From contig JAWKHJ010000013.1 of assembly GCA_041394905.1 (NCBI GenBank), forward strand, positions 49,306 to 113,305: 64,000 bases of DNA. The letters run 5' to 3'. This document shows, piece after piece, positions 41,442 to 52,444 of this stretch (its first letter is position 1; every line of letters begins with the position of its first letter). The notes under the pieces were generated by a model. The model saw nothing but the letters and a program-made list of their open reading frames with translations, was not told the origin of the DNA and searched no databases. The stretch is from Bryobacterales bacterium. GTDB lineage: Bacteria; Acidobacteriota; Terriglobia; Bryobacterales; UBA6623. Position numbers and translations under genes: made by a program.

Positions 41442-42856
41442 TCGACTCAGCGCTTCAGTCCGCGAATGTCAGACGCGCGCACGTGAGTGCGCGCGTCGTC
41501 TTGGCCCTACTGCTGGCCGTCCCCCTCGCGGCTCAAACCGACCCTCTGGCCCTCGAGCTCCTCCGCGAGCTCGTCGGCGTTCGCTCGAGCGCGGCTTACC
41601 CCGAAAACACCGTCAGTCTGCTCGAGAGCATCGCCGCGCGTATGCGCCGCGAAGGATTCGCCGAGGACCAGGTCACGCTCGTGCCCATCGAGAAAGTCGC
41701 CGCGCTCGTCGTGCGCTACCCCGGCTCGGGAGCGCGCCGGCCGCTGCTCGGCATGGCGCATGTCGACGTCGTCGACGCCGACCCAGACGCCTGGAAGGCC
41801 AACCCTTTTACCCTCGCTGAAATCGACGGCTACTACTATGGCCGTGGCACGCTCGACAACAAGACCGGCGCAGTGTCGCTAATTGCCGCCTTCATCCGCC
41901 TCAAGCGTGAAGGCTTCCAGCCCGACCGCGACCTCATCCTCGTCCTCTCCGGCGACGAAGAGACCGACATGGCGACTATCGCCTATTTGAGCACCCAGCG
42001 CCGCGACCTGATCGACGCCGAGATGGCCTTCAACACGGACGTCGGCGGCGTGCAGCTCGACGCAAACGGCATTGCCAAGCTCGCCGGTATCCAGATGAGC
42101 GAAAAGCTCTACCAGACTTTCCAGATCGAGGCGACCAACGCCGGCGGGCACAGCTCGCGCCCTCGGCCCGACAACGCCATCTACGACCTCGCGCGCGCCC
42201 TCGGACGCATCGAAGAGTACGAGTTTCCCATGCGCGTGAATCCGGTCGTCCACGGCATGCTGCAAGCCATGGCCTCGAACGCGCCGCCGGACAAGGTTGG
42301 TTTGTTTCGCTCCGCCGCCGCCGAGCCGGCGGACATGAAGGCGGTTCAAACCTTGGCAAAGGAAGATCCGTCGATAAACGCAAGCGTACGCACAACCTGC
42401 GTTGCGACGATGCTCTCCGCCGGGGTGGCCGAGAACGCCCTGCCGCGCAAGGCCGTCGCGACGGTCAACTGCCGCCTACTGCCTGGCGACACTCCGAAGC
42501 AGGTCGAGACTTCCCTGCGCACCGCGCTCGGTGATGCAAATGTCACGTTGCGCCCCGTCGGCCCGGAGCGCAAGCCTAGCCCTGCATCGCCCATTCGTGA
42601 CGACGTGATGCGCCTGTTGCGGTCGCTCACCGCGGAGTATTTTGGTCCGAACGTCCCCGTCGTGCCGCAACAGTCCACCGGCGCGACGGACGGCCGCTGG
42701 GTGCGCCAGGCCGGCATACCGGTATACGGTTTCTCCGCCATCGCGACCGCTCCGGACCAATCCCGCGCCCACGGACTCGACGAGCGCATCCCGGTCGAGT
42801 CGTTCCACAAAGCTGTGCGGTTTTGGTACGAGCTGCTCAAACGCAGCAGCTCCTGA
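41438..42856 (+). CDS. secreted M20-family metallopeptidase
   Basis: The GTG start overlaps the upstream stop (GTGA). HVDVVDA, GRGTLDNKTG, SGDEET and NAGGHSS motifs. Confidence 0.85.
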   Translation: MIDSALQSANVRRAHVSARVVLALLLAVPLAAQTDPLALELLRELVGVRSSAAYPENTVSLLESIAARMRREGFAEDQVTLVPIEKVAALVVRYPGSGARRPLLGMAHVDVVDADPDAWKANPFTLAEIDGYYYGRGTLDNKTGAVSLIAAFIRLKREGFQPDRDLILVLSGDEETDMATIAYLSTQRRDLIDAEMAFNTDVGGVQLDANGIAKLAGIQMSEKLYQTFQIEATNAGGHSSRPRPDNAIYDLARALGRIEEYEFPMRVNPVVHGMLQAMASNAPPDKVGLFRSAAAEPADMKAVQTLAKEDPSINASVRTTCVATMLSAGVAENALPRKAVATVNCRLLPGDTPKQVETSLRTALGDANVTLRPVGPERKPSPASPIRDDVMRLLRSLTAEYFGPNVPVVPQQSTGATDGRWVRQAGIPVYGFSAIATAPDQSRAHGLDERIPVESFHKAVRFWYELLKRSSS

Positions 42857-42871
42857 GCACGGCCCAGGTCG

Positions 42872-43854
42872 CTATTCCGCCCGATCGGCGGCCATCTGCG
42901 CGCCGCCTTCTTCCAGCTCTTCGATCTTGCGGTCCAGCGCCTTCTGCAATCGTTCCGGCATTCGCCCGAAGCGCTGCTGGTTCTCACGCACCATTTTCCT
43001 TGTCCGCTGGAACACTTCCAGCCCTCGCTGCTTTTCTTGCGCATCCAGCAGCATCGAGCCCATTTCGAGCTGCAAAACATAGTTGCGCGGGTACTTGCGG
43101 ATTAGCTCTTCGAGCACATGTACGGCGTCCATTGGGCGGTTTTCGCGACGGTAGAGTAGCGTCAGCAGCACCTTCGCTTCGGTTTGCATGTGCGTGCCTT
43201 CGTCGGCCACGCGCTCCACCCATTCTTCGCCCTTTTCCTTGCTGCCGCGCACGCCTCCCATCGCCGCCAACACCTTAACCGCCCACGGCAGCTGCCGACC
43301 ACGTACCCTGCACGCCCGGAACCAGGTAAATCGTCCACGAACCGGGTCCCGCTCGATCAGGTCCTCTGAGTACCTTGCGCTTTCGAGCCGTTGCGCAGCG
43401 CCGCGAAGTACGACTTCTCGATCATGAATTCGTAGTTGGCCTGCAGCGCGTAGTTGGACGAGAGCGAAAACAGCGCAGACGGGTCGCCGGGGTTTTTTGC
43501 CAAGTCCGCCTCGGCCAGCCGGCGCGCCTCATAGAGCGCTCCCAAGAACTTCTTGTTGGCCTCCGGGTCGGGCTCCGGCTTGTTTTCGTCTAGGAACGAA
43601 TTGTCTCCGCGGAAGGCGCTCGTCTCGAGCTTGCCTAGGCGCGTAAGCTCCTTATAAAGCAACGCTGTAGCGATGTGGTTCCACAGCGAAGCACTGGGCC
43701 CGTTGGCCCGCATCGCGCGGTAGTAGTCCGCCAGCGCCTCGTCGTGCTCGAGGTTGAAGTAATGATCGTTGCCGCGAGCAACGAAATCTTGCGCCGGCGC
43801 CGGGGCCGCGAGCCCGCACAACACCGTCGCCAGGATGAGAATCCGAGCCTCCAC
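42872..43854 (-). pseudogene. secreted TPR-like protein, frame change(s) in 43275-43380
   Basis: ORF 43357..43854 (signal MEARILILATVLCGLAAPAPAQ, helical repeats) and ORF 42872..43273 (helical repeats, ..LLTLLYRRENRPMDAVHVLEELIRKYPRNY..) are colinear. No other coding signal lies between them. Confidence 0.55.
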
Positions 43855-43871
43855 GGTCTGTTAGACGCCTC

Positions 43872-44546
43872 TCAACGCGAAACGATTACTTCGCGTAGAT
43901 TATCACGCGTCAAGAAGAACTTCACCGAGCTGTAATCGGCGAACAAGCGCTCCAAGCTGCGGTTGTTGAACGTGTTCGGCAGCACGCGCGTGTTCTTGGG
44001 CTCGAGCGAAAGGGTGTCTAGGCCTTGGATTCTATAGCGGTAGACAGGTACGGTGGCGCCTCTACCCTGGGTGTGGAAGAGCGTCAACAGGCCTCCACCC
44101 GGCCGCAGAATCTCGTTGAGGCGGGGCGCTGTCAGGTGCAGCACGTCGATGTCGAGGAATTCGAGCGCGTCCCAGCCCAAAATCGCGTCGAACTGGTTGC
44201 GCGCGAAATTCAGGTGCTCGTCGACGAACTCTCGGGCCACATCGAGTGAGGTTTTCCCCTCGCCTGGCTGCGGCTGGAAGCGGTCGTAGCTGCCCAGCAG
44301 GTCCACGAAGTGGATCTTGCCGCCAATCTCGGCCAAGAAGTTGACGTTGGCCTCGTTGGCGCCGCCTAAGTCGAGCAGCTCAATGCCGCGCGACTTCGGG
44401 ATGGTGTCGAAGAAGTGCTTGAGCCCATTGCTCTTACGCGACTCCTCCTTGGACGGGCCGCTCGAGAGCAACGTCCCCGGCTTGCGGCGGATCGAGACCG
44501 CCTCGTCCGGTTCCGCGCCCAGCACTTTGCGTAGAAAGTCGAACAC
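43872..44546 (-). CDS. methyltransferase-fold protein with degenerate SAM motif I
   Basis: 224 aa. IELLDLGGANEANVNFL stands in place of the usual LDxGCGxG. FDAILGWDALEFL and LRPGGGLLTLF fit the class I fold. Confidence 0.5.
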   Translation of the reverse strand: MFDFLRKVLGAEPDEAVSIRRKPGTLLSSGPSKEESRKSNGLKHFFDTIPKSRGIELLDLGGANEANVNFLAEIGGKIHFVDLLGSYDRFQPQPGEGKTSLDVAREFVDEHLNFARNQFDAILGWDALEFLDIDVLHLTAPRLNEILRPGGGLLTLFHTQGRGATVPVYRYRIQGLDTLSLEPKNTRVLPNTFNNRSLERLFADYSSVKFFLTRDNLREVIVSR

Positions 44547-44583
44547 GATTTCCCGAACCGGCTTTCCGGTGCGTCAGGCGCGA

Positions 44584-45126
44584 TTAAGCGCCGCTCTTGG
44601 CGGAGTCGCCCTTACTGTTGGCGCCACTTTGCGCCGGCTCGGAGCGCTTGGCATTCGTCGCCTCGCCCGGCTTTACGATGTCGATCGAGCCGCGGAAGAT
44701 GGCGCCGTCCTCGATCACGATCCGTGTGGTTGCGATATCGCCCTCGAGAGAGCCAGTCTTGCGGATCTCGATGCGCTCGCCGGCCCGAACGGTTCCGTTC
44801 AATCGGCCGAGCACGGTGATCTCGCGCGCCTTCACGTCGGCGTTCACGTTTCCGTTCGGCCCGACGGTCAGGCTGTTTTCTTCAAGCTCGATCGTGCCTT
44901 CGATCTCGCCGTCGACGTAGAGGTCTTCATGGCCGCTGATGGCGCCTTTGACTTTGAGCGATTTGCCAATCAACGCTTGGCCTCCCTTACGTTCCACGGG
45001 CTTAGCAGGCGGAGCGACCGCCGGAGTCGACGCGGACGACGGAGGCCGCGCGATGGTTTTCGGAGCCTCGGGCTCCGGAGCAGTAGCGGCGGGGCTCATC
45101 CCGCCTTCTTCTTTGCGTCCCCACAT
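44584..45126 (-). CDS. bactofilin (polymer-forming cytoskeletal protein)
   Basis: The internal start MWGRKEE.. is followed by a Pro-rich N-terminus. The core LIGKSLKVKGAISGHEDLYVDGEIEGTIELEENSLTVGPNGNVNADVKAREITVLGRLNGTV..IEIRKTGSLEGDIATTRIVIEDGAIFRGSIDI is typical of the DUF583 beta-helix. Confidence 0.8.
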   Translation of the reverse strand: MWGRKEEGGMSPAATAPEPEAPKTIARPPSSASTPAVAPPAKPVERKGGQALIGKSLKVKGAISGHEDLYVDGEIEGTIELEENSLTVGPNGNVNADVKAREITVLGRLNGTVRAGERIEIRKTGSLEGDIATTRIVIEDGAIFRGSIDIVKPGEATNAKRSEPAQSGANSKGDSAKSGA

Positions 45127-45189
45127 AGGTGTTTTCCGTAGTCCTCGCGTTGGGAATTCTATAGTATAACCAGACCTTCGCGGCCCATT

Positions 45190-45721
45190 ATGTCGAGCGC
45201 GCCTTTTCGCACACTCTCCGCCCGAACTCTGTTTCGCAACCGCTGGATCGCGCTCGAGGAGCACGAAGTGGAGGCCGCGGCCGATGGGCACCAATTCACT
45301 TACACGTACCTCTCCGTCAAGCCCTCGGTCATGATCGTCGCCATCACCGACGAAGGCCGCATTCCGATCATTCGCCAGTACCGCTACCCGTCAAAGGCCT
45401 ACAACTACGAGCTGCCCGGAGGCGGTTCGGCCGGCCGTCCGCCTGAGGAGACGGCGCTGGCGGAGCTCAAAGAGGAGACGGGCTATACGGCTGGGAAGGT
45501 CGAAAAGATTGGCGATTTCATCACCTACTGCGCTTGGCCGACGAGGTTTGCCACGTCGTGCTCGCCACGGGAAAGTGCCGGGCTTCAGAACACCGAGCCG
45601 ACCGAGAGCATCGAAGTGCGAGGTGGAATATGCCGAATTGCTGGAGATGATCCGAAGGGGCGAGTTCCGCGATGGCATGGGCTTGGCGGCGCTGAACGTC
45701 GCGCGCGAACGGCTCGGCTAA
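45190..45721 (+). pseudogene. NUDIX hydrolase (ADP-ribose pyrophosphatase-like), at least two frame changes in 45520-45640
   Basis: Nudix-box region GGGSAGRPPEETALAELKEETGY. The C-terminal part is readable only by switching frames (..GLADEVCHVVLATGKV.. and ..EYAELLEMIRRGEFRDGMGLAALNVARERLG in ORF 45509..45721). Confidence 0.7.
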
Positions 45722-45779
45722 CCCTAGGCGTGTAGAATCTCGCCCCGCGGCGCAAGAATTACCCACGCGCCCCGAGACG

Positions 45780-46346
45780 TCAAAGACCGGAGCGCTTCTT
45801 CTTCGCCGCCTCGACTTCCGCACGCCTCCGCCGGATGATCCGCTCAGTCTGCCCCGCGTCGGTCAAAACGGCTTTTGGTAGAAGAGCAAGCGCGTTCGCA
45901 ATCTGCGTCGAATCGAACGCCGGCGAATTGTGTGCGTTGTGGATGAAGAAAGACAACTTCCCTCGAGACCACGCCTCACCCGCTGCCATCTTGCGCTTTT
46001 CCGTGAAGTACTCCGTGAGCCCCTTCTGCAGTCGCTCGTCGTACAACTCCACCCTGGAAGGTCGAACCACACCGCACAGGAAGTAGTCCGACACTCGATT
46101 CGAACCGTACCCTGTGCCGTCATTTCGCAGCACAATTGTCCGGTCGCCCGGCGCGATCCTTTTCTTCATGAGCAACACAAAGTGTGGAATGCCGCTTTCC
46201 TGCATGTAGCAGACCGCCGCCGCTTCGACAGTTTCGTCCGTGTCGTTTAGGAACATCACCGTCTCGAGGCCGCCTCTCTGGCTAACTAAGACGCGCTGAG
46301 CGTCGAGCACAGATGCTAGGGCTAGCAGGAGGATCAAAGCTCTCAT
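45780..46346 (-). CDS. secreted hypothetical protein (visibly lower GC than its neighbours)
   Basis: 188 aa. Signal MRALILLLALASVLDAQ. No family recognised. Basic C-terminal tail RIIRRRRAEVEAAKKKRSGL. Confidence 0.6.
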   Translation of the reverse strand: MRALILLLALASVLDAQRVLVSQRGGLETVMFLNDTDETVEAAAVCYMQESGIPHFVLLMKKRIAPGDRTIVLRNDGTGYGSNRVSDYFLCGVVRPSRVELYDERLQKGLTEYFTEKRKMAAGEAWSRGKLSFFIHNAHNSPAFDSTQIANALALLPKAVLTDAGQTERIIRRRRAEVEAAKKKRSGL

Positions 46347-46379
46347 CAGGTTGACTCCTTTCTAAACCCGTTCATCCTG

Positions 46380-47176
46380 TTAGCTGGATCGCGCGCCCGA
46401 GACGATGTGCGCCGGCGACTCGAAAACGAATGTGTCGTCCGGCTCGATCAAGTGGTTCAACTCCAGCTCAACCTGGAGCAGGATTTCCTCGATCTTTTCG
46501 TCGGAGAGGTGGACGCCCACTAGCGGCAACCAGCCGCGCAGGTCAGCCTCGGCCAGCGCGCGGATGCTGGGGAAGCGCGCGAGCCCGGTGCGGGTCTGGA
46601 TCTGCGGCTCGGCGACGCCGGCCTCGAGGAAGAGCTGCTTCAGCTCTCCCGCGTCGCCCAATGCGAACGGCGCAAGTAGCGCATCCGCGGCTTGGGGACC
46701 CGCCATGCGCTCGAGAATCGCGACCTCCACCGAGTAGGCCGGCGACTTTTCGAGTCGGTCCCAGACGGCGACGGCGATCCGGCCGCTGGGCTTGAGCACG
46801 CGCAGCATCTCCGCGAGAGCTTTGGCGCGGTCGGGGAAGAACATCAGCCCGAATTGGCTGACGACGGCGTCGAAGGAGGCGTCGGGGAAGGGAAGATCCG
46901 CCGCGTCGCCCTGGCGCCAGTCGACGCTTGGCGCCTGTTCAGCCGCGACAGCGAGCATTCCTGGATTGAGGTCGAGCCCCGTAACCGAGTCCGAGCGTTC
47001 GGCCGCAGCCTGCGCCAGCACGCCGGTCCCACCAGGCCACATCGAGCACGCGGCCGTCCGCCGAACTTCGGCGGCATCGAGCACGAAGAACGGCCATTCG
47101 TCGAAGATGGCCGGGACTGCATCAGGGATTCGTAAGCGCGCGCGGCGTCGATTTGGTCTTGCAGCGGCCGGCTCAT
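46380..47176 (-). pseudogene. class I SAM-dependent methyltransferase, two frame changes near 47040-47115
   Basis: ORF 46380..47084 carries GTGVLAQAAAE..LDLNPGML..FDAVVSQFGLMFF..LKPSGRIAVAVWD. The true N-terminus MSRPLQDQIDAARAYESLM is in ORF 46844..47176. Confidence 0.7.
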
Positions 47177-47225
47177 TGCGAGCTTAGGATAACCGCGTTA
47201 AGGGCCGATTCAAAGGCGGAAGGGT

Positions 47226-47259
47226 TCCAAACGCAAGAACCCTGGCATTGCTGCCAGGG
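47226..47259 (-). terminator. intrinsic terminator after fumC
   Basis: On the minus strand, CCCTGGC-agcaat-GCCAGGG is followed by TTCTTGCGTTT. Confidence 0.5.
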
Positions 47260-47293
47260 CTCGGTTCATCCTGTCCCACGAACCACGGAAAAG

Positions 47294-48676
<1,383 letters not shown>

Positions 48677-48774
48677 AACTCCCTAGAGTAGCTCAGCCAG
48701 AGGCCGCCAAACAGCGCTGAGTTGACGTCGGAAAGGCCACAACTGAGCTGCGAAGGTGTGGCGCCTGTGATGCG

Positions 48775-48800
48775 AAAAGCCCCGGCGTTGCCGCCAGGGC
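48775..48800 (-). terminator. intrinsic terminator after the RidA gene
   Basis: On the minus strand, GCCCTGGCG-gcaa-CGCCGGGGC (one mismatch) is followed by TTTTCGC. Confidence 0.5.
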
Positions 48801-48832
48801 TCAGATTGCTGAACTGTCGGCGACCCTCGCCT

Positions 48833-49211
48833 TTACGGCTTATAGGCGACGCAGTCGATCTCTACCTTCAGGCCGTGGGCCGGCAGCGTTGCCTGCACGG
48901 TGGTTCGGGCCGGCTTGGCGGCGCCGAAGTAGTCGTTGTAGACCGCGTTCATCTTGGAGAAGTCACGGATGTCGGTGAGGAACACCGAGCACTTGATCAC
49001 GTCGGCCAAGCTGGCGCCCGCGGCACCAGGATCGCCTTGATGTTCTCGATCGTCTGCCGCGTCTCCTCCTCGATGGTCCCATGCAGGAGCGTGCCCGTTT
49101 TGGGGTCGAGCGCGGCCTGGCCGGACACGTAAATGAAGCCGCCCGCCTTGACGGCGTGCGAGTAGGGGCTTGCGCGGGAGCGCCGCCCGCTGCGGTGATG
49201 CGATCGATCAT
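48833..49211 (-). pseudogene. ridA: RidA (YjgF/YER057c/UK114) family deaminase, two frame changes near 49020-49030 and 49160-49170
   Basis: The start is MIDRITAAG.. (ATG 49211). ORF 48997..49311 holds PYSHAVKAGGFIYVSGQAALDPKTGTLLHGTIEEETRQTIENIKAIL. A third frame reads ..GASLADVIKCSVFLTDIRDFSKMNAVYNDYFG..PARTTVQATLP..VEIDCVAYKP, with the stop at 48833-48835. Confidence 0.8.
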
Positions 49212-49234
49212 GTTCTCTTGCTTCCTTGTTATGT

Positions 49235-50328
49235 TTATTGGAGCTTGCCGCGGGCCTTCGCCGGCCAAATCGCTTCCACCGTTTCGCCGCGGACTCCGAC
49301 CATCTTCTCATGCATGTTCACAGCCACGCAGACGTGGTTGGGCACGATGCGCAGCCGGTCGCCGATCTTTGCCGGCCGCTCGCAGGCCGTCATGTCGAGG
49401 TAGCCGTGCTCCTCGTTCATCTTGTAGAAGCGCGCCTCGGGCGCTTCGGTCACGCGGCCATGCGTCGAGTCCTTGGCGAAGGGTACGCCGTCGGAGGTGA
49501 AGGTCTTGGAGCCTCCGTCGACGATGGCGAAGCCGGGGCGCGGCGTCGAAACCACGTCACCAGCAGCGTAGCCGCGCAGTCGTCCCAACTCGCTGTGCCG
49601 GCCTCGACGAGCGAGCGGTCGTTGTAGACGTAGGTTCCGGGGCGAATCTCGTTCTGCCCGGCGATCTCGTGCGAACGCCATAGCGTCGGGCTGGTGCCGC
49701 CGCTGACGACGTCGAGAGGCAGGCCGGCCTTCTCGAACTCCGCGCGCACCTCAGCCACGCCTTCGCCGACTGCCTTGTACTGCGCCTCAAAATCGTCTGT
49801 CGTCGGCCACAGGTGCCCGGCGTAGTACTGGAAGCCTTCGAGCCGCAGGCCGGGCAACGCGTCAGCGGCCTTGGCGAGCGCGACCAACTCCGCGCCCGGC
49901 GCCAATCCGCAGCGGTGCAGGCCCAAATCGGCCTCTACCCGTACGGTGAAGTCGACGCCCGCGGCGACGGCGGCCTCGCTGAGCTCGCGTGCGGCCTCCA
50001 GGCTGTCCAGGGCCACAGTGACGGCGGTCTTGCGCGCCACTCCGGCCAACCTGCGCAGCTTCGCGCGCCCAGCACTGGGTAGGCGACGAGCAGGATCAGC
50101 GGCTCGGCTTCCACCATCACTTCGGCCTCGGTCGATTTCGCCACCGTGAGGCCGACGAAGCCGGCGGCGAGTTGCTTGCGGCCGATCTCGGGCGACTTGT
50201 GAGTCTTCGTGTGCGGCATCAGCCGCAGATCGTGCCCGCGGGCGTAGTCGGCGGCGCGCGATGTTGCGCTCGGCGCGGTCGAGATCGATGACGAGGGCGG
50301 GGGTTTTACCGATTTCCGAGAGATGCAT
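49235..50328 (-). pseudogene. PLP-dependent D-threonine aldolase / D-serine dehydratase-like (DSD1, alanine-racemase-fold) enzyme, three frame changes
   Basis: The pieces are MHLSEIGKTPALVIDLDRAERNIAR (ORF 49450..50328), AADYARGHDLRLMPHTKTHKSPEIG..LTVAKSTEAEV (ORF 49935..50408, with the PH-KTHK PLP-lysine motif), the central part back in ORF 49450..50328, and the C-terminus ..FAIVDGGSKTF..IVPNHVCVAVN in ORF 49235..49681. Confidence 0.75.
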
Positions 50329-50373
50329 GGACTCCGCAGGGTATCGAACTCACGCCCGGTTGTGGCGCGAGGC

Positions 50374-52377
50374 CTACCGTTGCGCCGCCGCGGCGGCCAT
50401 CGCGCCACGTACCGCCTGCAACAACTGCTCCGGCCGATACGGCTTGGCTAGCAAGTGCGATTCCTCGACCGGCATTCCGTCGAAGGCGTACCCGGTCGAG
50501 AGGATCACCGGCAGTTCCGGTCTCAGCCTGCGGATCTCCTCGAAAGCGGCGCGGCCGGACTTGTTCGGCATCACGAGGTCGAGCACGACCACGCCAATCT
50601 CCTCGCCGCGCTCGGCGACGGCCTCGATCGCCTCGCGTCCGTCGGCGGCTTCGAGCGTTTCGAAGCCTTGTTCGGCGAGGATGGCCTTCGCCAGCCGCCG
50701 CACTTCCTGCTCGTCGTCGGCAATCAGCACCTTGCAGCGCTCAGATGTCTCCGGTGCAAACCAGAACTTTTGCAGGCCGGCGCGTTCGCCGTTGTAGCGC
50801 GGCAGCCAAACGCGGAAGGTTGAACCCTGGTTGGGCGAGCTTTCCACCTCGATTCCGCCTCCATGGTTTTCGACGATGCCATAGGCGGTGGCGAGCCCAA
50901 GACCAGTCCCTTTGCCCACCGGCTTGGTTGTATAGAACGGCTCGAAGATGCGCGCCCGCGTCTTCTCGTCCATGCCACAGCCATCGTCGGAGACCATGAT
51001 TTCGACGTACTCCTCCGAGCGCGCCCAGGGCCGCGTGCGCCGGAACTCCGCGTCGAGGGTACGATTCGCGGTCGCCACCTTTACATGGCCGTTCGCGCCG
51101 ACCGCGTCGCGCGCATTCAGGCAAAGATTCATCACCACCTGGCCCATCTGGCCGGCGTCGGCGGCCACTTCCCACAGTCCTTCGTCCAAGTGCGCCTCCA
51201 CCTCCACGCCGCTCGGTACGCTGTGACGGAACAGCTCGACGGCCTCGCTGAGCCGGTCATTGATCTGCACGGGACGAATCTCCGAGGGGCTCTTGCGACT
51301 GAAGCCCAACAGTTGTCGCGTGAGCTCAGCCGCGCGCTCGGCGGCGGTTTCGGCGTCGGCCAGTCCGCGCGCCGCCGGGTGGCTTGGGCCTAGGTGCATG
51401 CGAGCCAGGGCCACGTTGCCCAGGATCGTGGTGAGCAGGTTGTTGAAGTCGTGTGCGATGCCGCCTGCGAGCGTGCCGACCGCTTCGAGCTTTTGCGCGT
51501 GCAGCAGTTGCTCCTGCAGACTGACGCGTTCGGTGACGTCGTGGACCATCGAGGCCACCGCCACCACCTCGCCGTCGTCGTTGACCAGCGCCGTGTGAAA
51601 CCACTCGCATTCGACCGTTCCGCCGGATTTGGTGCGGTTGCGGCACTGTTGCCGGTTCACCGCGCGGCTGCGGCGCAACTCGCCCCAGGCCATCGCTACC
51701 GCGTCTTCGTCGGACTCGGCCATCAACTCGCTGTAGCGCTTGCGCAACGCTTCGCCCTGGCTCCAACCGAAGATTGTTTCGGCGGCCTCGTTCCAGTCCT
51801 GGACGGTGAAATCCAGGTCCCAGATGATGCAGCCCAGCGGCATCGCACGCACAAACGACTCGAGCTGACGAGCCAGCGCCCGTTGCGAAGTCTCGATCAA
51901 GCGCTGGTGCGAGATGTCGCGCAAGGCCACCAGCACACCGAGCTTTAGCCCGCCCGACTCCATCACGCTCGCGGTGCACTCTACCGGGGCCACGCCGCCG
52001 CCGGCGCGCAGGCCGCGGTATTCCACGCCCTCCACCTTTGAGGAGCGCTCGAGGCACATCTCGAGCTGGCGCCGCCACAGCCAGCGGTCGCGTTGGTCGA
52101 AGTACTCTTCGAGCGGTCCCAGATGGCGCTCATTCGGCGGCAGACGGAACAGCCGCCGGAAGCGGGCGTTCACGTACTTCGTCTGCCCGTCGAAATCACA
52201 CAGCGCAACGGCGTCATGGATGTGGTCGAGCATGCGCCGGGCGTTGACCGCTTCCATGCGCGCATCGTTCACGAGTTGGCGCTGGCTTCTGGCGCTGCGT
52301 CGCCACTTCATCGCCAGCGCCAACGCGCCCGCCGCTACAGCCGTCGCGCCGGCCGCTGTTGCGAGTCCCGGATCCAT
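50374..52377 (-). CDS. hybrid sensor histidine kinase (TM, two PAS-like domains, HisKA, HATPase_c, C-terminal receiver)
   Basis: 667 aa intact ORF. H-box LAGGIAHDFNNLL, N-box NLCLNARDA and G-boxes DDGCGM / GKGTGLGLA. The receiver domain reads KVLIADDE..VVVLDLVMP..ILSTGY..KP. Confidence 0.9.
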   Translation of the reverse strand: MDPGLATAAGATAVAAGALALAMKWRRSARSQRQLVNDARMEAVNARRMLDHIHDAVALCDFDGQTKYVNARFRRLFRLPPNERHLGPLEEYFDQRDRWLWRRQLEMCLERSSKVEGVEYRGLRAGGGVAPVECTASVMESGGLKLGVLVALRDISHQRLIETSQRALARQLESFVRAMPLGCIIWDLDFTVQDWNEAAETIFGWSQGEALRKRYSELMAESDEDAVAMAWGELRRSRAVNRQQCRNRTKSGGTVECEWFHTALVNDDGEVVAVASMVHDVTERVSLQEQLLHAQKLEAVGTLAGGIAHDFNNLLTTILGNVALARMHLGPSHPAARGLADAETAAERAAELTRQLLGFSRKSPSEIRPVQINDRLSEAVELFRHSVPSGVEVEAHLDEGLWEVAADAGQMGQVVMNLCLNARDAVGANGHVKVATANRTLDAEFRRTRPWARSEEYVEIMVSDDGCGMDEKTRARIFEPFYTTKPVGKGTGLGLATAYGIVENHGGGIEVESSPNQGSTFRVWLPRYNGERAGLQKFWFAPETSERCKVLIADDEQEVRRLAKAILAEQGFETLEAADGREAIEAVAERGEEIGVVVLDLVMPNKSGRAAFEEIRRLRPELPVILSTGYAFDGMPVEESHLLAKPYRPEQLLQAVRGAMAAAAAQR

Positions 52378-52444
52378 TCGCCGTCTCTTGACGCAAATCG
52401 GCGGATCGGGTCTGTTTTTGCAGTCGGGGGCGGTTTCCGTGTTC

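Noticed and set aside
50320-50328. Third copy of the ATGCATCT motif (ATGCATCTC on the minus strand) at the start of the DSD1-like gene. Also AAATGCATCGA at about 29736.
   Set aside because: The core match is only 8 of 9, and there is no AT-rich flank, no TATAG extension and no inverted partner. The second hit is inside a coding region. Both are most likely chance Met-His-Leu / codon matches.
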